A stretch of DNA of 57,296 bases from Phycisphaerales bacterium. Lineage in GTDB: Bacteria; Planctomycetota; Phycisphaerae; UBA1845. Below, one piece after another: positions 1-9,739 of the stretch (its first letter is position 1; each line of letters opens with the position of its first letter). The stretch is from positions 3,655,665 to 3,712,960 of the forward strand of contig CP070691.1 of NCBI GenBank assembly GCA_020353195.1, given 5' to 3'. Made by a program: the position numbers and the translations under genes. The notes beneath the pieces are model-generated. The model did not search any database. It saw only the letters and a list, made by a program, of their open reading frames with translations, and had not been told where the DNA came from.

Positions 1-261
1 CGCCCGCCCATGGTCATCTCACTGGCCAAGCGCCAGGAGGAGGTGTTCATCCAGGCCCGGTCCGCGCCGGTGCGATTGGCCCGCAACAACGAAGCCTTAC
101 GCCTGCTCCAGCAGGTTCGGGACGAAGCCCACCGCTTCGCCCAGCACTACCACCACATCCTCCGCCGCAGGAGGACGTTCGACGAGCAGGCCACCGCCAC
201 CCGGCGGGCGCCCCCGGCGAAGGCCCAATCGGGCAAGACGCGCAAGGGCAAGAAGAGTTGA
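1..261 (+). CDS. uvrC: Excinuclease ABC subunit C, 3' end (partial, runs off the window start)
   Basis: [10 protein letters not shown]...[16 protein letters not shown] is the UvrC RNase H-like endonuclease signature. The frame is open from base 1 and ends in a basic tail with no HhH domain. Confidence 0.9.
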   Translation, partial: RPPMVISLAKRQEEVFIQARSAPVRLARNNEALRLLQQVRDEAHRFAQHYHHILRRRRTFDEQATATRRAPPAKAQSGKTRKGKKS

Positions 262-462
262 CCGCCCGATCCGCTTTTCGATTGACGCCGCCGCGATAAC
301 GATTTACGGTGGCGCGCGGGTACAATGCTCAGGGCGGAGGGCTCCGGGCCGGGTGCACCGGTCGCGGGAGGGGGCTTGGCGTCGCTTGCGTCGCCGCGGG
401 CATGTCGATACGAGCGTGAGCGTGGCACATCAGCGAAAGCACTCTGCATGGGATGATCGGCC

Positions 463-1290
463 ATGAACCCCATTGAGCGCACACACCTGGCGGACCTGAC
501 GATCGGTCGTGGCCAACCGCTGGCGCTGATCGCCGGTCCCTGCGTGATCGAATCGCGGGACCACACGTTGCGGATGGCGGATGCAATCGCCAGGATCACG
601 CGTCGTCTTGAGATTCCGTTGGTGTTCAAAGCGAGTTACGACAAAGCGAACCGGTCCAGCATCGACGGTTTCCGCGGCCCCGGGCCGAAGGAAGGTTTGG
701 TCATCCTTGCGGAAGTGCGTCGGGAGTTGGGCATCCGGATCCTGTCGGACGTACATGTCCCGGACCAGGCCGGCGTCGCCGGCGAGGTGCTCGACTGCCT
801 GCAGGTTCCGGCGTTCCTGTGCCGGCAGACCGATCTTCTGTTGGCCGTCGGGAAGACCGGCAAATGTGCGAACATCAAGAAGGGCCAGTTCATGTCACCC
901 GAGGAGATGGGGAACGTGGTGGCCAAGATCACCTCGACCGGCAATCGGAACATCCTGCTGACGGAGCGGGGCACGTTCTTCGGGTACAATCGGCTGGTCA
1001 ATGATCTGACGAGCATCGGCCGCATGCACGCGTACGCCCCCGTGGTCTTCGACGCCACGCACAGTTGCCAACTGCCCGGCGCCGCCGGCGACCAAAGCGG
1101 CGGTTTGCGGCAGTTCGTCGAACCGCTGGCGCTGGCCGCCATTGCCGCCGGCGCCGACGCCTTGTTCTTGGAGGTGCACGACCAGCCTGACCTTGCCCTT
1201 TCCGACCCCGCCACCGTCTATCCGCTCGACGATCTCGAACGGTTGCTGCGGCGCTGCCTGCGCGTCCACCAAGCCGCCCACGAAGAGTAG
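463..1290 (+). CDS. kdsA: KDO8P synthase (3-deoxy-8-phosphooctulonate synthase), metal-dependent type
   Basis: Motifs IAGPCVIE, KASYDKANRSS, QVPAFLCRQTDLL, IKKGQF, DATHS and FLEVH. The Cys in GPC marks the metal-dependent class. Confidence 0.97.
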   Translation: MNPIERTHLADLTIGRGQPLALIAGPCVIESRDHTLRMADAIARITRRLEIPLVFKASYDKANRSSIDGFRGPGPKEGLVILAEVRRELGIRILSDVHVPDQAGVAGEVLDCLQVPAFLCRQTDLLLAVGKTGKCANIKKGQFMSPEEMGNVVAKITSTGNRNILLTERGTFFGYNRLVNDLTSIGRMHAYAPVVFDATHSCQLPGAAGDQSGGLRQFVEPLALAAIAAGADALFLEVHDQPDLALSDPATVYPLDDLERLLRRCLRVHQAAHEE

Positions 1291-1300
1291 ACCCCCAATG

Positions 1301-1359
1301 CCGAACCGCGCCCGTAAGGAAGCGGGGCTTCAGTCCCGCCCGCGCCCGTAAGGAAGCGG
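1301..1359 (+). repeat. Two direct copies of a 25-bp REP-like element
   Basis: ccgaaccgcgcccgtaaggaagcgg (1301-1325) and cccgcccgcgcccgtaaggaagcgg (1335-1359), between convergent genes. Confidence 0.85.
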
Positions 1360-1413
1360 CGCCGGGGTACAATGGGCGTCACACGCCGACGTCGGCAGCG
1401 GGCACAGCGCGTT

Positions 1414-2010
1414 CTACGGAACTGGATCCGTTGATTTTCTTTCGATCGGGGTGCCGCACTCCGGGCAGATTCCGGACACGTTGCCTGTCAGGTCGTAACC
1501 GCACCGGCAACGGTGACCGGTCCGGTGCCATCGCTTCCACCCTCGGATGAGCCACCACATCACGAGGCAGCACACGCAACCCCCGAGGGCCGGCGTGACG
1601 GCCAGTAGTGCCTTCACGCTAACCAGAACCCGGTCGGGCTGCCTGGTGACCCAGTCCTTCGGCACGCCCTCGCTTGCGAAGTCCCACATCCGCAGTGCCG
1701 ATCTGGCACACCCCGCGACGAGGGGTGGGTAGATGATGTGCCACGTTCTGGTAGTCGGGCTCAGGGCGCACTTCTGAGCGAACCAGCGAACCGCGAACAG
1801 GAACACGAACCCTACGGTCCAGAGGACCGTCAGCTCGCCCGCTCGATGGTCTATCCATCCCTGTCCCGGCGACGGCCACGCGACGAGGTGGAACCCGGTC
1901 CACTGGGCCAGTGTGACGTAAGCGACCAGGAAGATGGAGAACGCGATGACTGTCCGGCCGTTGAAGGGCCAATTGTGGTTGTCCAGCAGGTTGGCTTGTC
2001 GGGCGTTCAT
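1414..2010 (-). CDS. Membrane protein with C-terminal zinc ribbon
   Basis: About 4 hydrophobic segments followed by CRCGYDLTGNVSGICPECG. Start placed at ATG 2010 (MNARQ); the longer ORF overlaps the next gene. Confidence 0.8.
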   Translation of the reverse strand: MNARQANLLDNHNWPFNGRTVIAFSIFLVAYVTLAQWTGFHLVAWPSPGQGWIDHRAGELTVLWTVGFVFLFAVRWFAQKCALSPTTRTWHIIYPPLVAGCARSALRMWDFASEGVPKDWVTRQPDRVLVSVKALLAVTPALGGCVCCLVMWWLIRGWKRWHRTGHRCRCGYDLTGNVSGICPECGTPIERKSTDPVP

Positions 2011-2117
2011 GCGAGCGACGTCGTTGCCGCTGAGGCGGTACCCGGCCGGCGGGCACAATCTGTCCGTCACGGTGGTACGTGTGGCCCGGGACTCCTGTGG
2101 TCCGCCGCCTTGGCGTC

Positions 2118-2639
2118 CTACCGGGCCGACGCTGCGGGCGGGGCTCCCGCGCCGGCCGGTATCCGCTTCTTCAGATCGTTCGCCTTGACGAGGACAAGGA
2201 TGAGCAGAACCACCGAGGCCAGAGCGGCCAGGGGCGACAGGAACCCCAGCACCGGAAGAAAACCGAGGACGACGGCTCCGGCCACACAGATACAGAAACC
2301 CATAGCGAGCTGCCCGCCGCAGTCGCCCACGTCCTGGACGCCGTTCGCGTCGAAGTAGGCCTTGAACGACTGAGCGAGCTTCGGATACACGAAGAAGTTC
2401 CACACGACGTTGAACAGCGGGATCATCAGCAGCCACACCATGCCCGGACTCTGTTGGCGATATTCTTGTGGAACGCTTTGAAAGCAGTTTGAGACGAACC
2501 AACAGATCGCCGCCTGGATGCCGAGTCCGATGACCAACCCGAAGCAACTGAGTAGCAGAATACCCATCCCGATGGCTGTGGCGGCCGCTGCTGTGTCCGC
2601 ATCGCTGAACTGGTTCGCTTGGGCAAGAAGCTGATCCAT
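2118..2639 (-). CDS. Conserved hypothetical membrane protein
   Basis: 173 aa with 3-4 TM segments and the motif PGMVWLLMIPLFNVVW; GGAGG upstream. Confidence 0.8.
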   Translation of the reverse strand: MDQLLAQANQFSDADTAAAATAIGMGILLLSCFGLVIGLGIQAAICWFVSNCFQSVPQEYRQQSPGMVWLLMIPLFNVVWNFFVYPKLAQSFKAYFDANGVQDVGDCGGQLAMGFCICVAGAVVLGFLPVLGFLSPLAALASVVLLILVLVKANDLKKRIPAGAGAPPAASAR

Positions 2640-2721
2640 CCTTGGGAACCTCCATGCAAGGTTTTGATGGGACGCTGGCGCGCGTGTCCCGGTTCCGGGT
2701 TCTCCCGGTGTCGAGACTACG

Positions 2722-4434
2722 TCACTCCTTGAGCACTACTGGAACGTAGTCCGGATACCATGTCGCTGCCCGCACGACATCCTCGATTTTGTCGTCCGGG
2801 ATGTTGCGCCCGAGGTGGTGGTCGCTGGCGTACTTGACCACGGCGCAGGCGATTCGGAAGCTCACCTCGCGGAGTTCGTCCTGATGCGGGTAGATCGCGC
2901 CGGCGTCCAGCCGGTCGGGGCTCACGCATTCCGCCATCGTGGCCGATGCGATCTCGAACATCTCGTTCGTGATCTCCCGGGCTTCCGACACCACCGCGCC
3001 CATTCCGACGCCGGGGAAGATGAACACGTTGTTGCCCTGGCCGATCACGTATCGGCGCCCGTTGTATTCGACGTCCGGGAACGGGCTGCCGGTGGCGACA
3101 ATCGCCTGCCCGCCCGTCCATTCGATGGCTTCGTGGGGTGAACACTCCGATTTGCTGTTCGGGTTGCTCAGGGGCATGACGATCGGGCGCTCCACGTGCT
3201 TGGCCATCTCCGTGATCATCGCCTGGGTGAAGGCGCCCGGCTGGGCAGTCGCCCCGATGAGGATGGTGGGTTTGACGGCCCGGATCACTTCCGCCGGTGT
3301 CAACGAGGATCCGGGGTCCAGCCCGTGATGGGCCATCGTGTCCTTGGTCAGGGCGAATTCCTGCTTGAACGGTTCGTCAATCTCGCGGCCATCGTGCAGC
3401 AGCCCCTTGCTGTCGAAAGCGACCAGGGCGCGTCGGAGGGTTTGCGCGTCGGCCCCGTCGTTTTTCATCGCGGTGCCCACCAATCGGGCGATGCCGGTGC
3501 AGGCTTCGCCCGCCCCGATGAACACGATCCGCTGCTGTGAGATCCGCTCCTTGGTGATGCGGAGCCCGGCGAAGATGCCGCCCAATACGACCGAAGCCGT
3601 CCCCTGGATGTCGTCATTGAAGCACGGAACGCGCTTCTCATAGCGCTCCAACAGATCGAACGCCCGCCTCTTCGCGAAGTCTTCCCATTGGATCACCGCC
3701 TGGGGAAAGACCTCCCGCACGCCCTGCACGAAGGCCTCGACGAACTCGAAGTACGGCTTCGTGCTCAGTCGCCGCTTGCGATAGCCCATGTACATGGGGT
3801 CTTCCAGGAGGATCGGGTTGTTGGTGCCGACGTCCAGGCTGATGGGCAGGCACTTGGACGGGTGGATGCCCGCCCCCGCCACGTACAGCGCCAGCTTGCC
3901 GATCGGAATCCCCATCCCGCCGCACCCGCAGTCGCCCAGTCCGAGGATGCGCTCGTTGTCGGTGACCACGATGAGCCGGATGTCCCGGAACGGAGCATTG
4001 CGGAGGATGTCCGGGATATCGTCGATGTCGTCGGGCGTCAGCCAAATGCCCCGGGCGGTGCGGAATATCTGGCTGAATTTCTGGCAGGCTTCACCCACCG
4101 TCGGCGTGTACACGATGGGCATCAGCTCTGCCATGTTCTCGACAAGCACCCGGTAGAACAGGACTTCGTTGCGGTCGTGCAAGGCGGCCAATCCGATGTA
4201 TCTCGTCAGATTGGAGGAGTGACTTCGGTTCTGCGCCAGCACGAGTTGGGCCTGCTCTTCGATGGTCGTCACCCGATGCGGGATCAGGCCTCGCAGGCGC
4301 AGTGCCTGCCGCTGTTCACGCGAGAACGCCGTGCCCTGGTTCGTCGACGGGTTCTTCAGCAGCCAGATGTTGCTCTTTCGAGTTTCGATCACCTGCGAAC
4401 CGCCCAGGTCATCCGTACGGTCATTGATCACCAC
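2722..4434 (-). CDS. maeA: Malic enzyme, long MaeA/SfcA-type, copy 1 (NADP-type fingerprint)
   Basis: PIVYTPTVGEAC, VVTDNERILGLGD, GIPIGKL, QWEDF, FNDDIQGT, GAGEA, PLSNP, ATGSPF, GQGNN. AGGAG precedes GTG at 4434/4431. Confidence 0.93.
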   Translation of the reverse strand: MVINDRTDDLGGSQVIETRKSNIWLLKNPSTNQGTAFSREQRQALRLRGLIPHRVTTIEEQAQLVLAQNRSHSSNLTRYIGLAALHDRNEVLFYRVLVENMAELMPIVYTPTVGEACQKFSQIFRTARGIWLTPDDIDDIPDILRNAPFRDIRLIVVTDNERILGLGDCGCGGMGIPIGKLALYVAGAGIHPSKCLPISLDVGTNNPILLEDPMYMGYRKRRLSTKPYFEFVEAFVQGVREVFPQAVIQWEDFAKRRAFDLLERYEKRVPCFNDDIQGTASVVLGGIFAGLRITKERISQQRIVFIGAGEACTGIARLVGTAMKNDGADAQTLRRALVAFDSKGLLHDGREIDEPFKQEFALTKDTMAHHGLDPGSSLTPAEVIRAVKPTILIGATAQPGAFTQAMITEMAKHVERPIVMPLSNPNSKSECSPHEAIEWTGGQAIVATGSPFPDVEYNGRRYVIGQGNNVFIFPGVGMGAVVSEAREITNEMFEIASATMAECVSPDRLDAGAIYPHQDELREVSFRIACAVVKYASDHHLGRNIPDDKIEDVVRAATWYPDYVPVVLKE

Positions 4435-4647
4435 TGCATCTCCTGTGGAAGAAGCGAAGGCCTGGATCCCGCTCGGCAGATCCAAACAACGATTCCCGCC
4501 GCTGTGGACAGCGCGCGAACGGGGATACTATAGCAAATCACGCTTGCTCTGTCGGCGCGACGGTCTCTCATTCGCCGGTTCGTCGCGGGCGGTCCTTCGC
4601 TCGCCGGGCAATGTCCAAGTCGTACGGGGGCGGGTTTCCACGGCCGG

Positions 4648-6336
4648 CTACCGCTTCCGCACGATTGGGACGTAGTCAGGATACCACATGACGCGCCGCA
4701 CGGTGGCCTCGATCTCGTAGGGCGGTATGTGCCGACCGACGTGGGTCTCGCCGGCGTGCTTGACGATGGCGCAGGCGATCCTGCGGCTCACTTCGCGGAG
4801 CTCGCTCTGGGGCGGGTAGAGGGCCCCGGATTCCAGACGATCCGCGGTCACGGAGTCGGCCAGCGTACGGGCGGCCAGGGTGAACATCTCGTCGCCGATC
4901 TCCCGGACCCCGGAGACCAAGGCCCCCAAGCCAAGCCCCGGGAAGATGAAGACGTTGTTGGCCTGGCCGATCACATGGCGCCTGCCCTGGTAGTCCACCG
5001 GCGGGAACGGGCTCCCTGTGGCGACGAGGCCGCGGCCTGCGGTCCAGGCGATAGCCTCGGACGGGGAGCATTCGGCTTTGCCGGTCGGGTTGCTCAACGG
5101 CATGATCACCGGCCGGTCAACGTGCCTGGTCATCTCCTCGATCATGCTCTGGCGGAACACGCCCGGGCAGGCCGTCGCCCCGACCAGCACCGTCGGCTTG
5201 AATGCGGTGATCACCTGCTCGGGGGTCGCGTCGGCGTCGGGAAGCCCGTAGTGCGACAGCGTGTCGGGGGTCGCCGCGAACTGCACGCAGTGCGGCTCCA
5301 TGTTGTAATTCCTGCGGACCAGGCCATGGATGTCGAACATGAGCTGGGCCCGTTGGATCGCTTTCTTGCTGGCGCCCTCGCTCCGCATGGCGGCCGCCAC
5401 CCGCCGGGCGATCCCGGTGCAGGCTTCCCCCGCCCCGATGTAGAGCACGCGCTGATCCGCGATCGAAGTCCCCGTGACCCGCTGACTCGCGAATATCCCT
5501 GCCAGGGCAACCGCGCCCGTGCCCTGAATGTCGTCATTAAAGCACAGGATCTGTTTCCGATAGCGGTCCAGAATCCGGAAAGCCTGCTTGTTGTGGAAGT
5601 CCTCCCACTGCAGCAGGGCGCGCGGAAACACCTTGAGCACCCCCTGTACGAACGCCTCGATGAAGTCGTCGTACTCCTGGCCCCGCAGACGACGCTTGCG
5701 ATAACCCAGGTACAGCGGGTCCTCCAGCAATCGCGGATTGTCCGTGCCGACGTCCAGGCTGATCGGCAGGCACTTGGACGGGTGGATTCCTGCTCCGGCC
5801 ACGTACAGCGCCAGCTTGCCGATGGGGATCCCCATCCCGCCGCAGCCCTGGTCGCCGACGCCCAGGATGCGTTCGTTATCCGTCACGACAATGAGGCGGA
5901 TGTCGGGGAGCGGTCGGTTACGCAGAATCTGCGGGATGCGATCCGCGTCGTCCGGCGTAAGCCAGATCCCCCGCGCCGTGCGGAAGATATGACTGTACTG
6001 CTGACACGCCAGACCGACCGTCGGCGTGTACACGATGGGCATGAACTCCTCCATGTTCTCCACGAGCACCCGGTAGAAGAGCACCTCGTTGCGGTCCTGC
6101 AGGCTGGCCAATCCGATGTACTTCTCCAGGTCCGTGGGTTTGGCCCGCAGGTGCTCCAGTTCGAGCGCGACCTGCTCTTCGATCGTGCACAGCCGGTGCG
6201 GCAGCATGCACCCGAGGCCCAGCTGCTCTCGCTCCTCGTATGAGAATGCGAGGCCCTTGTTCGTGTTCGGGTTCTTCAGCAGCCACACGCCGCCCTTCTT
6301 CGTCTCGATGACTTCTGGACCCGCCAGGTCTTCCAT
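4648..6336 (-). CDS. maeA: Malic enzyme, long MaeA/SfcA-type, copy 2 (NAD-type fingerprint)
   Basis: Same motif set as copy 1 with minor substitutions. GGAGG precedes ATG at 6336 (MEDLAGPE). Confidence 0.93.
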   Translation of the reverse strand: MEDLAGPEVIETKKGGVWLLKNPNTNKGLAFSYEEREQLGLGCMLPHRLCTIEEQVALELEHLRAKPTDLEKYIGLASLQDRNEVLFYRVLVENMEEFMPIVYTPTVGLACQQYSHIFRTARGIWLTPDDADRIPQILRNRPLPDIRLIVVTDNERILGVGDQGCGGMGIPIGKLALYVAGAGIHPSKCLPISLDVGTDNPRLLEDPLYLGYRKRRLRGQEYDDFIEAFVQGVLKVFPRALLQWEDFHNKQAFRILDRYRKQILCFNDDIQGTGAVALAGIFASQRVTGTSIADQRVLYIGAGEACTGIARRVAAAMRSEGASKKAIQRAQLMFDIHGLVRRNYNMEPHCVQFAATPDTLSHYGLPDADATPEQVITAFKPTVLVGATACPGVFRQSMIEEMTRHVDRPVIMPLSNPTGKAECSPSEAIAWTAGRGLVATGSPFPPVDYQGRRHVIGQANNVFIFPGLGLGALVSGVREIGDEMFTLAARTLADSVTADRLESGALYPPQSELREVSRRIACAIVKHAGETHVGRHIPPYEIEATVRRVMWYPDYVPIVRKR

Positions 6337-6626
6337 CGTATTTGTGCCTCCGATCAGTCGGGGCGGCCGACCCCAATGCCACGCTTCTCGCCGGCGCGTT
6401 GGCGCGACCTGAACGCCTCCCGCCGACACGGGGCGGGGATTCTAATCGGAACGGCGCCGCCTGTCCCGTCCGCGGCAGGCGAGCCGCGCGGATCGCGGTC
6501 GCGCCCCGCCGGCCGCCCGTCCGCCCTTCCAGCTGACCCGCCGACCGGCTATGCTCGTCGGACTCCACGGCAACGTCGGCGGCGTCTGCCCGGGCCCGGG
6601 GGCCACGGCAGGCACCGCTCCGTGAG

Positions 6627-7448
6627 GTGATCCGCGTGACCAACATCGTTCTGGCGATCGTCGGACTGGCGGCGGGCCTGCTCGGCGGGCTGCTCGGGAT
6701 CGGCGGCAGCGTCGTGATGATCCCCTGCATGCGGGAACTGCTGATCGCCGACCAGCACCTGTGTCAGGCGGCGGCGATGATCGTCAATTTCTTCGTGGTC
6801 GGCCCGTCCGTCCTGCAGCACATGCGCGCCCGGGCGGTGCTCTGGCCGGTGGTGAGCGGGCTGGCCCCCACCGCCGCCGTCGCCGTGATCGCCGGCGTGA
6901 TGCTCAGTGAGTTGCCCGTCTTTCACCGAAGCGGGGAGGTCTACCTGGCGGGGTTGTTCGGGTTGTTCCTGTTCTACGTGGCGGCCGTCAACATCGGCAA
7001 GCTGGTGGCCTACCGCGGCGGCGAGGGCGACGAGCGCTGGGACCCGGGCCGGTTGAGGTGGTACGGCCCGGTCATCGTGGGCGTCGCCGTCGGGTTGGTG
7101 GGTGGTCTGCTGGGCGTTGGCGGGGGTATCGTCTCGGTGCCGCTGCAGCAGCGGCTGCTCCGGGTACCGTTGCGCAACGCGATCGCCAACTCCGCCGCCA
7201 CGATCGTGCTGCTCAGCGTGGTCGGGGCGTCCCTGAAGAACCATCAACTGGTCACCCACCACGCCCACTCGATCGCCGATCCCGTGCTCCTTGCTGTTGT
7301 CCTGATCCCCACCGCGATTGCCGGTGGCTTTGTCGGCGGGCGTTTGACCCACGCTCTGCCCTTGCCGGCGGTCCGCGGCGCCTTCGTCCTGCTCATGCTC
7401 GCGGCGGCCATCCGAATGACGGCCCGGGCTGCCGCGTCACTGGTCTGA
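6627..7448 (+). CDS. Sulfite exporter TauE/SafE family membrane protein
   Basis: Duplicated GLLGIGG / GLLGVGGG motifs in two halves; ~8 TM segments. Confidence 0.88.
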   Translation: MIRVTNIVLAIVGLAAGLLGGLLGIGGSVVMIPCMRELLIADQHLCQAAAMIVNFFVVGPSVLQHMRARAVLWPVVSGLAPTAAVAVIAGVMLSELPVFHRSGEVYLAGLFGLFLFYVAAVNIGKLVAYRGGEGDERWDPGRLRWYGPVIVGVAVGLVGGLLGVGGGIVSVPLQQRLLRVPLRNAIANSAATIVLLSVVGASLKNHQLVTHHAHSIADPVLLAVVLIPTAIAGGFVGGRLTHALPLPAVRGAFVLLMLAAAIRMTARAAASLV

Positions 7449-7495
7449 CCTGGGGCATCACGAATTTGCCATTGCCCATCAGTTCCTGCTGGATT

Positions 7496-7628
7496 CGGAG
7501 CCGCGCTCGTAGGCAAGCGGCGCTTCGTGCGCGCTGCGGACCGCTCCCTGGCGGTCGCGGCTCGGATCGAGTGTGTTGCGTGGCGCTTCGCGCGCGCTGC
7601 GGACCGCTCCCCGACGGTCGCGGTTCGG
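7496..7628. repeat. Cluster of three REP-like copies (one forward, two reverse) including a ~49-bp direct duplication
   Basis: cggagccgcgctcgtaggcaagcgg (7496-7520), ccgctccctggcggtcgcggctcgg (7541-7565), ccgctccccgacggtcgcggttcgg (7604-7628). The flank gcgcttcgYgcgcgctgcgga is repeated before both reverse copies. Confidence 0.85.
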
Positions 7629-7826
7629 ATCAGGTCGACTCGGAGCGTGATGCGATTGAAGGGCTCGACGCGCAGAATCTGCGTCAGGACTGCCGGCCCG
7701 CGCCCCGTCAAGCCGCGGGCGCGGCAATCTGCCTGAACCGGTTCGGGCTACGCGGACGATACACCAGTGACCCGCAACTGACATGTACGGCTGCCGACGG
7801 CGGCCACGATGTGCGGAAGGAGCCCG

Positions 7827-8054
7827 ATGATGACTGTAAGAACCACGAAGCGGACGGGGCGGTTAATCGGTGAGGTCGTGCTCGCGGTGACCGCCGCGTT
7901 CGTCGCCGGCTGCGGCGACGGTGCGTTCGGCAAGGAGTTTCGGGAAGTTACCGCCCCGACCTTCGAATCCGGGGTCATGACGATCGCCGATGGTTTGCTC
8001 GAAGGTCTCTTTGCGGTCTACAACCCCGATGCGGACGCGAGCAGTTCGAATTAG
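7827..8054 (+). CDS. Small putative lipoprotein
   Basis: AAGGAG RBS, basic N-terminus, hydrophobic stretch and lipobox VAGC; 75 aa. Confidence 0.7.
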   Translation: MMTVRTTKRTGRLIGEVVLAVTAAFVAGCGDGAFGKEFREVTAPTFESGVMTIADGLLEGLFAVYNPDADASSSN

Positions 8055-8106
8055 CGTCTTCTGCCGGCGTGCGGGGCGAAGCCGCTTTCCGGGGCGAACG
8101 CCCTGC

Positions 8107-8691
8107 TCAACGCGAATCACGCCATTGCGGCAAACTTTGCCTGATCGGGCGCGGCCCCTGCGCGTCGGCCACTGCCAGCCGATCCGCCACCCGCGGGCGA
8201 TCGAGCTCGAATCGCAGCATCCGGTAGCGGCGCCGCCATGGGCCGAACTGGTGATACTCCTGCCCCCGAGGCTCGAACCCAGCCCGGACGTAGCAACGGA
8301 CCGCCGCCTCGTTGTCCGGAAAGACGATGAGGGATATCCGCTCGGCCGCCAAGGCGGAGAACCCCGTGTTGGCCAGCTTCTGCACGAGCGCGGAGCCGGT
8401 CCCTCGGCCTCGCTCGGCAGGATCCACAACCACATGGCCGATCCACAGGTGCTCTTCGTTCCTCCGCATCGGGTTCAGCTCGCCGTATCCGCTCGGGCCG
8501 TCTGCCCCGCGCTTGTGCAGCAGGAAGGCCCAGCCCGGCGCGCGGCTCCACTCGATCACCTTGCGCGCCGTCAGCGGCGGTGGGGTCGTCGGCGTCAGGT
8601 TGAACAGCTCATCGGCATCCCGCACCCACGACGCCACCGTGCGCGCAAAGCGCGGTTCAAACCGACGCAGTAGCAGGTCGCCGTTGGTCAT
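8107..8691 (-). CDS. GNAT family N-acetyltransferase
   Basis: HVVVDPAERGRGTG acetyl-CoA motif and NEAAVRCYVRAGF. Start placed at MTNGDLLLR. Confidence 0.9.
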   Translation of the reverse strand: MTNGDLLLRRFEPRFARTVASWVRDADELFNLTPTTPPPLTARKVIEWSRAPGWAFLLHKRGADGPSGYGELNPMRRNEEHLWIGHVVVDPAERGRGTGSALVQKLANTGFSALAAERISLIVFPDNEAAVRCYVRAGFEPRGQEYHQFGPWRRRYRMLRFELDRPRVADRLAVADAQGPRPIRQSLPQWRDSR

Positions 8692-8893
8692 GCCGGTTCC
8701 GGTCGGGCCGAGCCGGCCACCCATGCCGCACGGCATCGGGGCCCGCTGGTTACTATCGGCTCCCTGGCGATCGGTCATTACCGCGCCCGATCCGCCCGGA
8801 CAGAGGTTTGCACCGCATCTTCCCGCCTCCCGAGGTGCCTGCGCTGTGGTGCGGGCGCCGCTGTCGGCCGGCTTCGCCGAGCGTGCCGTCATA

Positions 8894-8935
8894 CCCTGCT
8901 CCAGGCCAGACAATCCCTGCTCAAGGTCAGACAAT
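8894..8935. repeat. 21-bp tandem duplication
   Basis: ccctgctccaggccagacaat / ccctgctcaaggtcagacaat (19/21 identical). Confidence 0.75.
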
Positions 8936-9067
8936 GCCCGGGCTCTACATGGAAATGGGGACGGCTGCCGTCAACGGCAGCCCGTTCTCAGTCGACTGCG
9001 CCAACCCGCTCCCCCAACCGACCCTCGCCGTCGGGTCCGCCCCGGCCCGGACCCTGTGTCCGGGTCG

Positions 9068-9337
9068 TCAGCTCCGGAGTTCTCGCTCGGCTTGGAGCCA
9101 GTCGGATTCCGCGCTACCCGGGCGCCCGGCCCGCGCGAGGTAGATCTCATAAGCGCGAGCCTGAATCTGTGCGACCGTGGGTTCGGAGCTGCGCTTCCGC
9201 TTCGGCTTCACTTGCGGTTCCGCGACCGAGATGGTCGGCGCGGAAGCCGATTCCGCCCCGGAGTCGGCCGACGACGCACGCGTCACCTTTTCGGTGGAGC
9301 CGTAATTGGTGTTTCTCGTTTTCGACTGTTTGCCCAT
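9068..9337 (-). CDS. DUF2934 domain protein
   Basis: C-terminal IQARAYEIYLARAGRPGSAESDWLQAERE; AGGAG upstream. Confidence 0.85.
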   Translation of the reverse strand: MGKQSKTRNTNYGSTEKVTRASSADSGAESASAPTISVAEPQVKPKRKRSSEPTVAQIQARAYEIYLARAGRPGSAESDWLQAERELRS

Positions 9338-9739
9338 GTCTTCACACTCCTGAAACCCCGAGTGCGTGTTCGATGAAGGCACAGTATCTAACACTGAACG
9401 CCCAACTCGTCAAGGCTTCGCGCGGACGGCGCGCCGGGCGGCGATCTCGGCCGGAGGGGCGGAGCCCGGGTCGGCTCAGACCCGACTGGGATCGGGACGG
9501 GCGTAGCGGCCAGCCCCGTCCCGCGCTATGCGCACCGTCGTTGCCGAAGTCCGATTGCGCTGGGGCTTTAATCCCGGCGCGTCGCGAGCGGCGTTTGGCG
9601 GCGTTTTCATCGGCTGCGGATGTCCGGCCGGCTTGCAGGGGTAGGCGCAGCTACTGGGAACGTGCTAGAGTTCGGATGGTCTGGCGATCTCGACGGGAAA
9701 CCGCCCGCGGTAGAACCCACGTGCCGGGCGGGCTTTCGG

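Noticed and set aside
7496-7628. Possible CRISPR array
   Set aside because: Copies are degenerate, in mixed orientation and lack unique regular spacers; no cas genes are present.
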